A stretch of DNA of 64,000 nucleotides from Paragordius varius (lineage: Eukaryota > Animalia > Nematomorpha). Below, in pieces: positions 13,102 to 26,444 of the stretch; positions within the stretch are counted from its first letter, which is position 1; every line of letters begins with the position of its first letter. The position numbers and the translations under genes were made by a program. The stretch is taken from the NCBI GenBank assembly GCA_964247055.1, contig OZ176057.1, positions 4,836,001 through 4,900,000 on the forward strand, written 5' to 3'. The notes beneath the pieces were generated by a model that was not told where the DNA came from, searched no databases, and saw only the letters and a program-made list of their open reading frames with translations.

Positions 13102-16100
13102 TTAGTCATACTAAAATAAGAAAATTTTAATGAATTATGTACACGTATTAAATGCATTATATGCCTCTCATATTTTCTTAAATATGAATTTTAACAGGCT
13201 TCCTCGAATCATGAACGATTCCAAATCGAAGGACCAGTCAACATAATTTGTTATCAAATGTTAAACATTATTTGAGTTATCGTAATGCTATGCATTGTAC
13301 GTTGATAAAGAATTTTGGAAAAATGTTAGTTGGGGTTAAATTAGCCATTGACATTAACCAAGACAATATTTGTTTTTTTATAAAAATTCTCATGCCTCTG
13401 CTAGAAAAAAATAATTAACCATGCCGGAAAAAACGAGTTTAATTTTAATGACAAAAGTAATATTTTTTGTAGATATCAACTTAACATATAAGGATAATTA
13501 ACTGCTAATAAATCACAAACCCACACTAATTTTGTTTCGAAATATTTTAAAACATGGGGTGTCCAGGGCTTCTTTCATAATTTTTGGTACTTTTATTTAT
13601 TTTGAGCCCAATGGATGATATATCTTCTAAATAATCGCAAATTTTTGAATGATATCCATTTTTCAATTTTTTAATATTTTTTGATAGCACTTTTGCGTAT
13701 GGAACAAAGCTTGTTGGACAACCTTGTTAAACGTGGTTATAAAAAAATTAATATACAAATTATCGCCTTAACTTGTTAACATAAAATGCAGTTACTGCTA
13801 CAGTTATCACTTTCGATTAATACAAAAATTTTAATGGGATATCAATACCGTTAATGAAATTTATTAAATTTTCGAGGGATTTAATTTTTTTAATTTTGAT
13901 TTTAGATAATCTCATTATTTTGGAACAAAGTAGATAGAATCTCACTAAAAAACAATGTAAAGTGTAAGTTTCTGATTTTTTCTAAATCGAGCAATGTAAA
14001 TCAATTAAATGCATGAAAAATTAAGAAGTCCCTTGTTAATAAAAAAAAGATAATAAAATAATTTTTTAACATTTGGTTTCAAAACAGTATCAAACTGAAG
14101 CTCTTACATGATAAATTTATACACAAAATAATAAATCATACCATAGAGGTCAGAAAGTCCATAATTTACCAACGCACAAACAACATACAAAAAAATGAGC
14201 GATTTATAAATCATTGGAATAATTTATATGATTGTACATAAGGAATTGCAACACATATTTGAACTAGACTTGATCAACCCAAAGTAATTAAATCATAAAA
14301 TATATGGAGCGGCATATATTTTATTACTCATTTAATTGCAAATTTCATCTTAAAATGCCAAATATAAATATAGTTATATACATAGTAAACATCCATTAAA
14401 TCACATTCCAAATGTAATGAAAATTAATATTAGACGATGACTGATTGAAACTCACATTTTATATTGTTAGTTAATATGATGTTTATGTATAAGAGCCATT
14501 ATGAATAGCCATATATAATATGGCATTGCCTTTAGTGCTTCACCAGTTTTCGCTTTATTTTGTCCATCCACATTGAAGGAAATATATTAACTATATGGAT
14601 ATGCACCCAAACCGACCCAGTCGATTTGTCATTCTTTTTGATATCAAATTACTACCACAAATATATCTATTGTTTTGCCTTTTCTTTTACAAAGTATGCA
14701 CATTCATATTATAGTTGGTCAATTAGTAACAAAATAGTGTGTGGAAAAAACAACAAAAAGTTGAAATTAAACATATTTTTTGCTTTTGTTGATTTGATAT
14801 ATGGACAAAATTTGTTTTATAACACACACTCACACACTCACACACACACTACTGTATTACAAATCTAAATGTGAATAAACAAGCATAAATGTGCATAGTC
14901 AAAAATGCCTCCATATTCTTTGCATAATTTCTATAACTATAACGTGATTTCCCTCGCTTTATATTATATATCGTGTTCGTAAATTTAACATTATTGTGTC
15001 GATATTAATATTTCCATTAAACAAAACTTTTGACAATCAAAAAAATTCTACTAATCAGTAAATTTATAGCGTTGAGGCCGTAAAATATTCGCACATTTCT
15101 TTACCTTTCACATACATTCTATTCCTCTCAGCGCTGACTCCAAAAGTTATAATTATGTTTAGGCTTATTAAAATATTAGATAATCCATTTATTAACTGTG
15201 TACCTTATAAGCACCAATTTAAACGAAGCATCCGCTTTTGATTAACAATTTTGACATTGCATATATATTTAATAACAGTAAGATCGGTAACACCCCTTAT
15301 TGCAAAGCACTCCATGAAGAGTTTTAAAGTGTTTAATTAATGAATGTTTCGCGATAATTTTACTTAATGAGCACTTGCGACTTCACAAAATACTATTTGT
15401 TAAAGCCTGACGAATAATCCTTATATGTTTTTTTTCTGTTTTCAGCATTTAGATCGGAAGGTAAATCACAAATGTCTGGGAATCGTATTAATTACAATAA
15501 ACAAATTTTTGGCACTTGAGTTTTTTGCATTTTCTACTATTGAATATCTTTAAGAGTAAATCTAAAGTAAAAAATTTGATTTTATCTAAGTATTTTTTAT
15601 AACATGATATTTTTATAATTATGCGCCCTCTTTATCAAAATCTAACTAAAACGTGTTTTTCTTTAAAAACACAACAAAGGCCCATCGTTCATTTTTAGTG
15701 TTTTATAATGCGCTGGCAGTGATTTGCATTATCCCCTTGATTTAGCCCTGCTTAGTGCTCAAATAGGGGCCTAAAAAATATTAAATATAAATTTATTGTT
15801 TTGAAAACGAGTAGGCCTATTTAAATACAAAAGTGGTAAAAAATTTACATATCAAAATGCAGACGGTGATCGAACCGTTTTTTAATTAGCGTCTTAGTTC
15901 CGCCCCGCCCATGTGTCAATGGGTTTTTAGCAAATATTGGCTAGGGAACATGATTCTGGAAAACGTGTAAGCTCAGTCAGTTTCAATAATTTAGTATTTT
16001 ACATTTGCTCCAACACAGACTTCCTTTTTTGTAGTCCTTCTTCAGCCCCGTCAGTGCTATTCACAAAATTATTCGCTTTAAAGCAATTTGTCCGTAAAAG

Positions 16101-16696
16101 TGAACGACCAACATACACTATAAATAATTATTTAAATAAATGAGTCAGCGAGCGAACCATAATTTATGGTAGTTGAACCCCGCGCATGTAAAAATGAGGT
16201 TTCGTTAACATTGACTTTAGATCATTTTCTCGCAAAACATATCTCATCATATGGATTTAACAATCATACTAATTAAAAATTCCAAGAACAAAGCTAAGCT
16301 TATTGAATTTATTGCTTAATAAGGGCATCGCTCATATAAAAATAACGTGACTTACCTTACACTGGGGTACAAAATGGAGGGAGGAGTGATAAAATGTAAA
16401 ATTATCATGGTTATTTTGGTTTTGGTCTTTACGAGTGATTTAAGAAAGTGTTAGAGTGGTTGACAGGCTAATTTGAATGAATCTTTTATTACACGATTAG
16501 ATTAACCGCACAAACAACATTCGTTATATATTATTATATTAACCTATTAACTTATCTATGTAGTATTATTATATTATTATAACCGCACCACCACGTGTGA
16601 CTATTTTTATTATTATACCTTGAGTTAATTGTATAAAAGCAAACATCTCACTTTGATATATGTGAATATATTAGACCTAATTATCTTAGATATATC

Positions 16697-16728
<32 letters not shown>

Positions 16729-18149
16729 GATCATTATACAATACGATATACAATAAATTTACCATTGACTTTACTTTGTCGTCCCCAGTTATCACAAAGT
16801 TATTTACCTTTTTGTAGGAAGGGCTTCATATCAGAAAAATGGCAAAATTTGACCTTTTTTAAATAATTTTTTTGGGTTAAAAGCTGAAAGCTTCATTAAA
16901 ATAATGGAATATATCATTCATATAAAAATGGCAAAACAAGCTCATAAAATTTAATTTTTCGAAAGGGCTCCAACAGTTTAAATTTTGTTGAACGCAAAAA
17001 TGCTGATATTGCGCGATTGACATCAAAGTTTGTTCTGCATTATTAGAAATTTTGCCTAATTATTGTATTTATAGTAAAATTTCGGCGAAGAGGGTTTAAG
17101 ATAGTAAGGATGGAAAACGGTATAAAAGCGCTTTTTATACATAATTCGATAATGCTAAACATTTTTATAGTCTTAAATTTTTGATTTAAAAATGTGTAAG
17201 ATTACAATTTTAAATAATTTTTAAATACAAACTTATAAATAAATTAATTTTGTCGACAAAAAATTTCTTGATCAAAAATCTGAGATCAAAATATTGCCCT
17301 AAATTCAATTTTAGAGCTAAATATCCAGTTTTCGGAAAATCTTTTTCTCTCGTCAAAATCATATTTCAAAATTTTATCGCGCATTGTCGGCAATATAGGG
17401 TTTATTTTACAAGTTGTTCATTTTAGATGGGTCCGAAAATTTGAAATTTCAGGAGACGCATCTATAATTTACATTATAAAAATATTTCGCTTTTTATGCG
17501 TATTTTTTGATATATTATATTGATATTTTTATAATGAAGCCTTATGCTTTCACTGAAAAAAATTTTTCGGGAAATTGTCCGCAAATATTTCCATTTATAG
17601 ATATAGATTAGTTACCGCAAAAGTATAAATAACTGTCAAAACAAAAACCATCATGATAACCTTTATATAATTTCAGATATTTTTTGTGTGTACTGTGTGA
17701 TATTCAAATTATTTAAACAATGTGGGCTTTTTATCTTTGTCGAAAAAAATTTAGATTTTAATTGCTCATTAATAAAAATTGAAGTTCTAAAAATTATATT
17801 TTTAATATTATTTGTAATCTGTTTTAAAGATATTTTTGGAAGAAAGAACTATTCGGTTTTTACAAAAAAATTTATGCAGGTCGAAATTTGAATTTTTGAT
17901 TAACAATTATCACAAAGTCATATTTTTTAAAAAATAATTTAAGGCCACTAACCAATTTCTATCAAATATTTCATCATGATCTTTTTGTGTGCACTGAGCA
18001 ATAGAAAGGGTAAAAAAACACATTTTTCAGTCCCATAAATATAAAATATTAATTTGCAGGTTAAAATATCCTATCTCACAGTGCACGGCAAAAAATAAAT
18101 GTTAATGAATCATTTATCATTCAATAGCTAACAGATGGATCAAGTAAAA

Positions 18150-20190
18150 CGATATGTGGGGTTAAATACGAGAAAAATATTTAAATTTATCTGCTTAGCA
18201 TTTTAATCGCATATTAGGTCAAACAAAATTAAATACAATAGATGAGATCGAATCAACGAAATTTTATTTGTTTCAATATAGCATGAGGATAATTCTAAAC
18301 GCAAAATATTATCAACAAAGATTTTACACTTTTTCTGACAGTCCCAGAATGATTTACAAGAATATCAGCTAAAAAATCACACTTTGGCGTCAAATTTGAA
18401 TCATAAAAACTTGTTAATATGCGGTAAAAGATTTTCATTATAATTAAAACTATCACACATTGGGTCGGGTGATAAAAAATTTTTGACTTGACTTGCAAGT
18501 TTTTCAAGTCATGGCTTGCTTTCATGTGATAAAAAAATTTAACATTAGGGCACTTAAGTCAAGCGAGAAAACTTAATAGGGAGGTGATAAAAAATCATAT
18601 GTTCAAGTAAAACTTAAAGATTTTGCAAGTGTGGTGTAGGGCACACTTGACAGATTTAAAAATATGGATAAAATTATTTTGGAAACTATTTATATACAAA
18701 ATTTAGGTTTTATATGTAATTCAAACCTTTATTAATTCTATAAATTGTTAATTTGATAAATTTTGGCTAATTAATCTATTCATTGGGTGGATACAAAAGA
18801 GGATAAAATTATAGAAAAACTCTGCTAATATTAAATAACATGGCATATAAAAATATGCTAAATATATCAATTCTCTGACCGGAAAAAAATTGGATCGAAA
18901 ATTTCTTAAAATTAATAATTAAATATTAATCTTGGGATTTCAATCCATTTAAAAGCAAAACTTCACTTTTATCCAATGAAAGAATTTATTTCATCATAAA
19001 TTTATTTCGAATGTTATAATAAATTAAAAATAATTATGTTATATTGTATAAACATCTTCCCATTATATTTGCGACTGGACTTCAAACAAAATAAGTAGTG
19101 TGGTAAAATAATGGAAAGTGTTTTAAGGGCGAATGGTTTCATCAATCTAAAAATACCAGGCTCAATTTAGAAAACTCTATATATAATAAATAAGATACGT
19201 GCCAATGAGTTTGAAAAACTTCAATAAATGCATATTGTATTAATTGTTTATCATTTTGTGCCTTATTTCATAAATTTTGGCTGAAAATAATCAAAATAAT
19301 TTCCGTAAGATTCGAATTGGGTGGCAAATAAAATGTTACATTCATAAGCAAAAGACTTGACTTAAGTGTTTTTCAGCGATCTTCAAGTGTACATGCTGGC
19401 TTAAGGAAACTTGCTCAACTTGCCACGCTTGGCTTACAAGTCAAGTGCGACTTTTTTATCACCCCACCCATTGACTCTATATATTAAAATTACCAATTTC
19501 ACCTTCAACAAAAATTTAAGCCTTCAATAAAATTTTTTTCGTTAATTAAAGGGAAAGTAACATTGAATTTTTATAAAATATATATATTATAAATATCTTT
19601 TCCATGATTCAATGCTGAAAAAAAATATATGACTAAGTTTGATTTGTGGATTTATATGCCAGCCAAAATGGCGCCAAAATTATATAATTATGATTTCGTT
19701 TTATATTCCCTAAAATCAAAAATCTGAGAAGATAAATATTTTTTTCTTCAACGTATTGTTGGAAAAGGTATTTATATTATGTATATTGGATGTTTTGCCA
19801 AAATTATACGCAGCTTTGCCTTTAATTCTTGAAGGTGATATATTGGGTTATTTTTATATAGAGAGTTAATATATGATTAATAATGATAAAATTTTTTCCC
19901 GCATTAAGGGGTTTTTTGATTCAAATTTGACGACAAAATGCGATTTTTTAGCTAATATTCTTGAAAATCTTGTTGGGTTCCTTCGGAAAAATGTAATATA
20001 TTGATAATATAATGCGTTTAAAATTATCCTTATGCTATATTTAAACCATGAAAATATTATTTGACGCGTTTCCATCTATTTTATTTAATTTTATTTGACC
20101 TAATATGCGAAAAAAATGGGATATTTTGATTATGGTGGCTAATAACAGAAAAAATAACTTTTTTTCTAGTACTTTAACCGCGTATATCAT
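18150..20190. mobile_element. Older fold-back element (~310-bp inverted arms) with a family-E element nested inside
   Basis: ~18150-18455 is the reverse complement of ~19870-20190, e.g. tcgcatattaggtcaaa / tttgacctaatatgcga and ggcgtcaaatttgaatc / gattcaaatttgacgac. Confidence 0.7.
18462..19469 (+). mobile_element. Non-autonomous TIR element family E (~1 kb, 3-bp AWT target duplication; PIF/Harbinger-group-like)
   Basis: ATT|GGGTCGGGTGATAAAAA ... TTTTTATCACCCCACCC|ATT. A second copy in the opposite orientation lies at 57809-58777, flanked by AAT. Confidence 0.8.
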
Positions 20191-20640
20191 TTCGATATTT
20201 ATTAACTTTTAGCTATTAAAGAATATATGATTAATTAACCTTCTCCCCATTTTTCACACACAGTTTCATAAAAGAGTTGGTCTGAGAATATTTCATAATT
20301 TTAATTATCATCTTTTTTTATTTTTATGTTGATCCGAAGAAGTAATAGGAATCTAACAAAAATTCATTAATAAATTTATTATTAATTTTGATGATAGTGC
20401 ATCAAATTATTCTAAGATCTGAACAATTTGCGAGTTTCTCTATTAGAGAACTTTTATCACTCGTAACTTTATACCAAAAATACGGTTTTTTAAATCAATA
20501 TTTAAATATATTATTTATTGTTATATTTAAACTTAGTTACAAATTTTGTGATTGTTAACGGATTAAGGAACATATACAATTATCTAAAGATAAATTATTG
20601 ATAAATTAAAAAGAAAAGAAAGAAAAATATCAACAATTAA

Positions 20641-21221
20641 CACTTGGATACAACACACTCATTTTAGTCCTTCGATTCAAATTGGGGTAGTTGGATACCC
20701 CAGGCCTGTTTAAAATTAAATACTTAAAAAAGTATGAAAGGAATCGAAACCATGACAAAACTTTGCACTTATATAACATTAATAAACCGAAATATATAAA
20801 AAATTTAATTCAAAAATACTTAATATTACTTATTTTAAGCTAAAACCGAAAGGTAAAAATTTCGTCCACGTGACATGTGTCAAACTGTAAAATTGAAAAA
20901 TAATACAAAATAAACCGCTTTTTCTATTTCTATCAATGTTATATGTAATTTATTTAATAAATTAGCTTTAGTTTAACCCTTAAAATTTCATAAAGACGAT
21001 ATTTTGTAAAAATTTTGTAAAATAAAAATGGCGTCGAAGTAGTTTGAGATGGAACTTTTTTTTCAAAACAAAATTTTATCAAGCTATTTTGGCATATTTA
21101 TATAATTTTTATCCGGATAGAAGCATAAATTTAAATTGGGACCGTTTTCATCAATACTTTTTTAAAAATATTAATTTAAATTTAGTCTGGGGTATTTAGA
21201 TACCCCAATTGAATCGAAGTG
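20641..21221 (+). mobile_element. MITE family B (TTAA, piggyBac-like)
   Basis: TTAA|CACTTGGATAC ... GAATCGAAGTG|TTAA. The internal repeat CTTCGATTCAAATTGGGGTA is terminal at one end and ~27 nt inside at the other, a piggyBac-type asymmetry. Confidence 0.9.
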
Positions 21222-22584
21222 TTAATTAAAAAATTTTCTAATTACTTTACAAACATGTTTTTTAGTTCGATTTCTAATTTCTTATTTTTATTTTAAATTT
21301 TAATCCTCAATTTTTAGTTTATATTTTAGTTTATTTTTACGTTTGACAGAAATTATTTGTAGTACAATAATCACTTCAATAAATATATTCAATTATAGCT
21401 GAATCAAAATCCTAATATTAAAATATAGGATTGAAATTGTGCTTTTATTTTGCATTTTTGTATTAATAATTGTAAAAGCGAAAAATTAGCCCACATTGTA
21501 ATTTTTTTGGGGGAAAATATTGTATTTTTTTCCAAAAAATATCATCAAAATATAAATATAATACCTTTAAAACCAATAAATAATTTTATTATATTTTGAG
21601 ATTTTAACTGTGGGCTATGTCAGTGCCAGATTTTTCTGCACTTCTGAAATGTGCTGGTTTTTTTTATTATAAACGCAAAATTGATTGTGTGATAAAAATT
21701 TATAATATACTAGTTTATGGTATCAAAAAACCTTTTTTAAAAAACAATAATTTTTGCAATTTATTCATCAAATTAGAACGTACCTCAAGATATTTTAAAT
21801 CAAGATTGCACATAAAAATCTTTAGAATAATATATAAGCACATTTTTTATAAAATTAGAGGATTCCGGAAATCATCATCCAGAATTTCGATTAAATATTC
21901 GTTCACCATCAAATTAAATTAAATGAATTGTGTTTTACATCAATTACCAAAATTTGATAGTAAAAATAAATTCTGAAGTATTAGAATACAGCATTACAAA
22001 TTTAAAAGAGGTGTTTATATAAAATATCGAATTTTATACCGCATTGTATTGCATGAAATACGTTTTGGGGTAGTTTTACAGTATGAGTATACATTGCTAG
22101 AAAACTAAATTATTAAAGAGCATGTAAAAGCACACAGTTATTGGCTTCTAGTTATTTTTTCACTTTTTTATATTATTAGCCAATAAAAATTCTTTTTGTG
22201 CTATTTGGCAAATAATTAATTACTTTCTAGCATACTTACTCATACTGTAGCGCCAAATATTTTTTCCAAAACAATATTTTAGCATTGGGGAAAACTTAAA
22301 AAAATGGTTTCTTTAGCCATTTAAGCGCATAAAAAATATCTATATTCTTAACCTTTTTTGCCGCCCTTTTTCTCTATTTTTTCAAGTGAATCAGCGCTAA
22401 ATGGGTGTTATTAAAAATATTAATAATAACTTTAAAAAGCTTTTAAATTACAAATTTTTTTTTATTTATTTATTATCAGTGTTCGTTTCAATCGTGTTTG
22501 GAATCTATTTAGATTTTGGACTATAAAAGTAAAAAAAATGAAAAACTCTTTTTTATGTAATGCAGGAGAAGAGGGTTTGTTTAA

Positions 22585-23166
22585 CACTTCGATTCAAATT
22601 GGGGTATCTAAATACCCCAGACTAAATTTAAGCTAGGATTTTCAAAAAACTACTGAAGGAAACGGTCTCAATTTAAATTTATGCTTCTATCTAGATGAAA
22701 ACTATATAAAAATACCAAAATATCTTGATAAAATTTTGTTTTGAAAAAAAAGTTCCATCTCAAACTACTTCGACGCCATTTTTATTTTACAAAATTTTTG
22801 CAAAATATCGTTTTCTTTTAATTTTAAGGGTAAAACTATAGCTAATTTTTAATATAAATTACATTAAACATTGATAGAAATAGAGAAAGCGGTTTATTTT
22901 GTATTATTTTTTAATTTTACCATTTAACACATGTCACGTTGACGAAATTTTTACCTTTCGGTTTTAGCTAAAAATATTTAATATTAAATATTTTTGAATA
23001 AATTTTTTTATATATTTAGGTTTATTAATGTTATATAAGTGCAAAATTTTGCCATGGATTTGATTCCTTCCATACTTTGTAAAGTATTTGATTTTAAATA
23101 GGCCTGGGGTATCCAACTACCCCAATTTGAATCGAAGGACAAAAATTAGTGTATTGTATCCAAGTG
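22585..23166 (-). mobile_element. MITE family B (TTAA, piggyBac-like), reverse orientation
   Basis: TTAA|CACTTCGATTC ... GTATCCAAGTG|TTAA; reverse complement of 20641-21221. Confidence 0.9.
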
Positions 23167-24130
23167 TTAAATTTTAACCATAACAACTATTAAATGTGGT
23201 TTTACTTTAGCTGTGGAGTAAAAATCTCTCACATATATTCCGAAACAATTACTTATATTCTGTTCATAGAAAAATCATATACTGTACTGCTTTAGATAGT
23301 TACCTTATAGAACTCTAATTAAAAAAACAAAGTATTAAGCAAAATATTTTTAAATTACAGATATAAAACCTTCATTTTGATTTTTGGATTAAATTGGGGT
23401 CTGGGAGCCTGACCTATTTAATATATATTCTATAAATATGGAATTAAAACCATTGCAATGCAATTTCATATGATGCACCAAAATGAAAAAAATACTTGAT
23501 AGCATTATGGAAACCTCAAGGTAAAAATTTAGTCTGGGACATGTGTCCATTTCAAATAATTATCTTTATATAAATGTTAAATGTGGTTTCAATTGTAGCT
23601 TTATTTAGCTTTAAAATTATCCTAATCACGATATATAATATAAAAAGGCCGAACTAGCGGAATTTTTTCCAAAATTTGTATTTAATATTTTTTGGCTGAT
23701 TTATATAATTTATGAGGAAAGCAAAAATTTTCAGGAGCATTCTATTGGTATTTCTCTATGAAGATTTAAAAATGGCTGTGATACTAAGTAATTTAAATTA
23801 AGTGTTAAATTTTCTAATCCATTAATAACAATTTTATATCACCTGTTTTACAATATACTGTTAGCCTAACTGCCAAAGTGTGGGTAAATTCAATGCCTCG
23901 CGAGAAATATGAACCACCCAATCCAAGACGCAATCACACAATTGTAGCAAATTCTCATCATCCTAAAAATTTTGAAAATGTTAACAAATACAAATATGTC
24001 AAGTAAATTTAATTTTTTAGTCAAAATTATATATATATTGTTTCGTTTAATATCTCTCACTCATATTTTTAGAAAGGATTCCTCTGATATACACTATTAT
24101 CATGGGACAAAAAATAGTGGAACCAGCAAT

Positions 24131-26405
24131 ATGTTTAAGGATAAAACAGGTTTTATTTTCCAATTTTATACATTTATAAAAAGGCCCTACAACGTCTAAT
24201 ACAACTGCACCAGGAACAATTAATTCATCAGCTACTGAAATTCCGACATTTTTTACCGATTTAAAAGCTCGATATTGTTGGTCTGAATTGGAAATTACGG
24301 GATCAGTCAAAAATATTAGTCCAAACTTATTCCATCTAACTCATTTAACTGTACTTTATCTTAATGACAATAACCTAACTACCGTATGTTTTTTTTGATT
24401 TTTAGATATTTATTTTATCAATAGTTATACAATGTTATATATTTTTGATAAATAATTTTTTCAAACATTTGATTTAATACAGACGCATTTTATAAAATTA
24501 TATCTCTTTCCCTTTGAAATTATATAAAATTACTTATTTATTACCGCGATTAAAAATGATTTTGTTTATTTGAGAATATAATTGGCAAACAGTTTAAGAT
24601 AAAAAATTTTAATTCTTTATTAAGCATCGTTTAAATTTTTAATATCATAAAATTTGTATTTGGGCATTTTTAATACTTATTTTTATAACCTCTAATTCAT
24701 TTAATAATTTGATACCACTTTTAGTTTTTATTCTTTAATTTAAGCAAATTTAAAAAATACGGAAAATAAAACAAGAAAAATATTTTTTTATTTTTTAAAT
24801 ACTTGACATATTTAGATATTTTAATTGTTAATAGAACCAATCATATTTAAAATTCCATTTCGATAAAATAAGTTTTCGCATGCAAAAAAAACTAGGTTGT
24901 TAAAACTTTTTTCATATTTTTTTTCTTTTGTATACACACACTATAAAAGTTTATATCGTTTTTTTTGGCTTCTTTTACACTTTATTAAAGTTTTTTGGCC
25001 AGTTTTATTTCAATTGGTTTTTTTCTCTTTATAAAGGTACCACCCCAAATATCCAATTTAACGCATTTAACATACCTGGATCTTTCATCCAATAAATTAC
25101 GTAGCTTACCACCCGAAATAGGTGATCTTATAACATTGCGGGAATTGCATTTAAATCACAATTATCTCCGAACGTTACCCCTTGAATTGGGTCGACTATT
25201 TCAATTATTGGTGCTTGGATTAAAAGGTATGGTATGGTATTTAATACAGAGAATGCATTTTAATGATTTGTTATTTCACAACACTATAGTATAGTAAAAT
25301 AATTCATCAACACAGGAGTATATGAAAAAAAGAAAGGAAATAATTGTTTATTCAATACTTTTGTTGTTGTTTTCTATACACTACTGTGTTACAGTTTGTT
25401 TTAAGACAAATTAATATTTTTATTGGGATTTGTACGGATTGTTGGTTGATATTCCACTACTTTTGAATTATATTTTGCATAAATTATATATTATATAATT
25501 CGCACTCATGTAAGATTCCAAAATAAAACATTATAAATTATTTATACACTCATAAACCAGGTGACAAAAAAATGTAAAAATAAAAAACAATATATTTTGG
25601 TTTTATTTTAATATAGAAGTTTATTTTCCTGAATAAAATATGGATGTTAAGATTTTAATAGTGAGTTTAGTTAGTAAAAATTGAAAAAAAATATTTTAAT
25701 ATAGTTTTATAAAAAAAATTGTCTTTTAAGTGTGACAAAGAAAAACGCCATCTTTTGACCTGAAATTTTATAGAAACCCAAACTATATGATTTTAGGGTA
25801 TTTTATATATATAGAAAATATCTCCTAAAATGATAATAAACCATAATATTTCAAATTTTATCATTATTTTATGAATTATCCTTAATTTTGTCTTTTTGGT
25901 CGATTTCGATTTTCTCTCAATATTTCAAAAACCATATCGTTAACAAATAAAAATGTTTGCGGTAAATGAATTCGCTAGTCATAGGCTATCTCATGCAAAA
26001 AAAATTTTGTTAAAAAAATTTAACCCTCTTTTTGCACACATATACCATTTACAATTCAATTTCACCCTTATACAATCAATTTCACCCTTGAACAATTCAA
26101 ATTCACCCTCGAACAATTCAAATTCACCCTCAAAAAAATAATTTTTTTAAGATTTATTACCTATATTTTATATATTTTTAAAAAATAAAAATTATATTTT
26201 AAATTAAAATAATACTGAAAAAATAATAAACTATACCATAAACATATATTTCATATTAATAATTAGTTATATTAGTTCGAAAAAACATAATTTATTTTTA
26301 GGGGCAATTTGAATTGTTCAAAGGTGAATTTGAATTGTTCAAGGGTGAATTTGAATTGTTCAAGGGTGAATTTGAATTGTTCAAGGGTGAATTTGAACTG
26401 TAAAT

Positions 26406-26444
<39 letters not shown>

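Noticed and set aside
14560-14868. 102-aa plus-strand ORF ending in HTHSHTHTHT
   Set aside because: GTG start, no motif, and the tail comes from a (CA)n-type repeat; no supporting splice structure.
23972-24130. Longer N-terminus for CCR4 from TTG 23972 or ATG 23978
   Set aside because: It needs read-through of an intron-like AT-rich stretch. Splicing the candidate donor near 24002 to the 24072 acceptor is out of frame. MFKDK at 24131 resembles the animal MPKEK start, so it was preferred.
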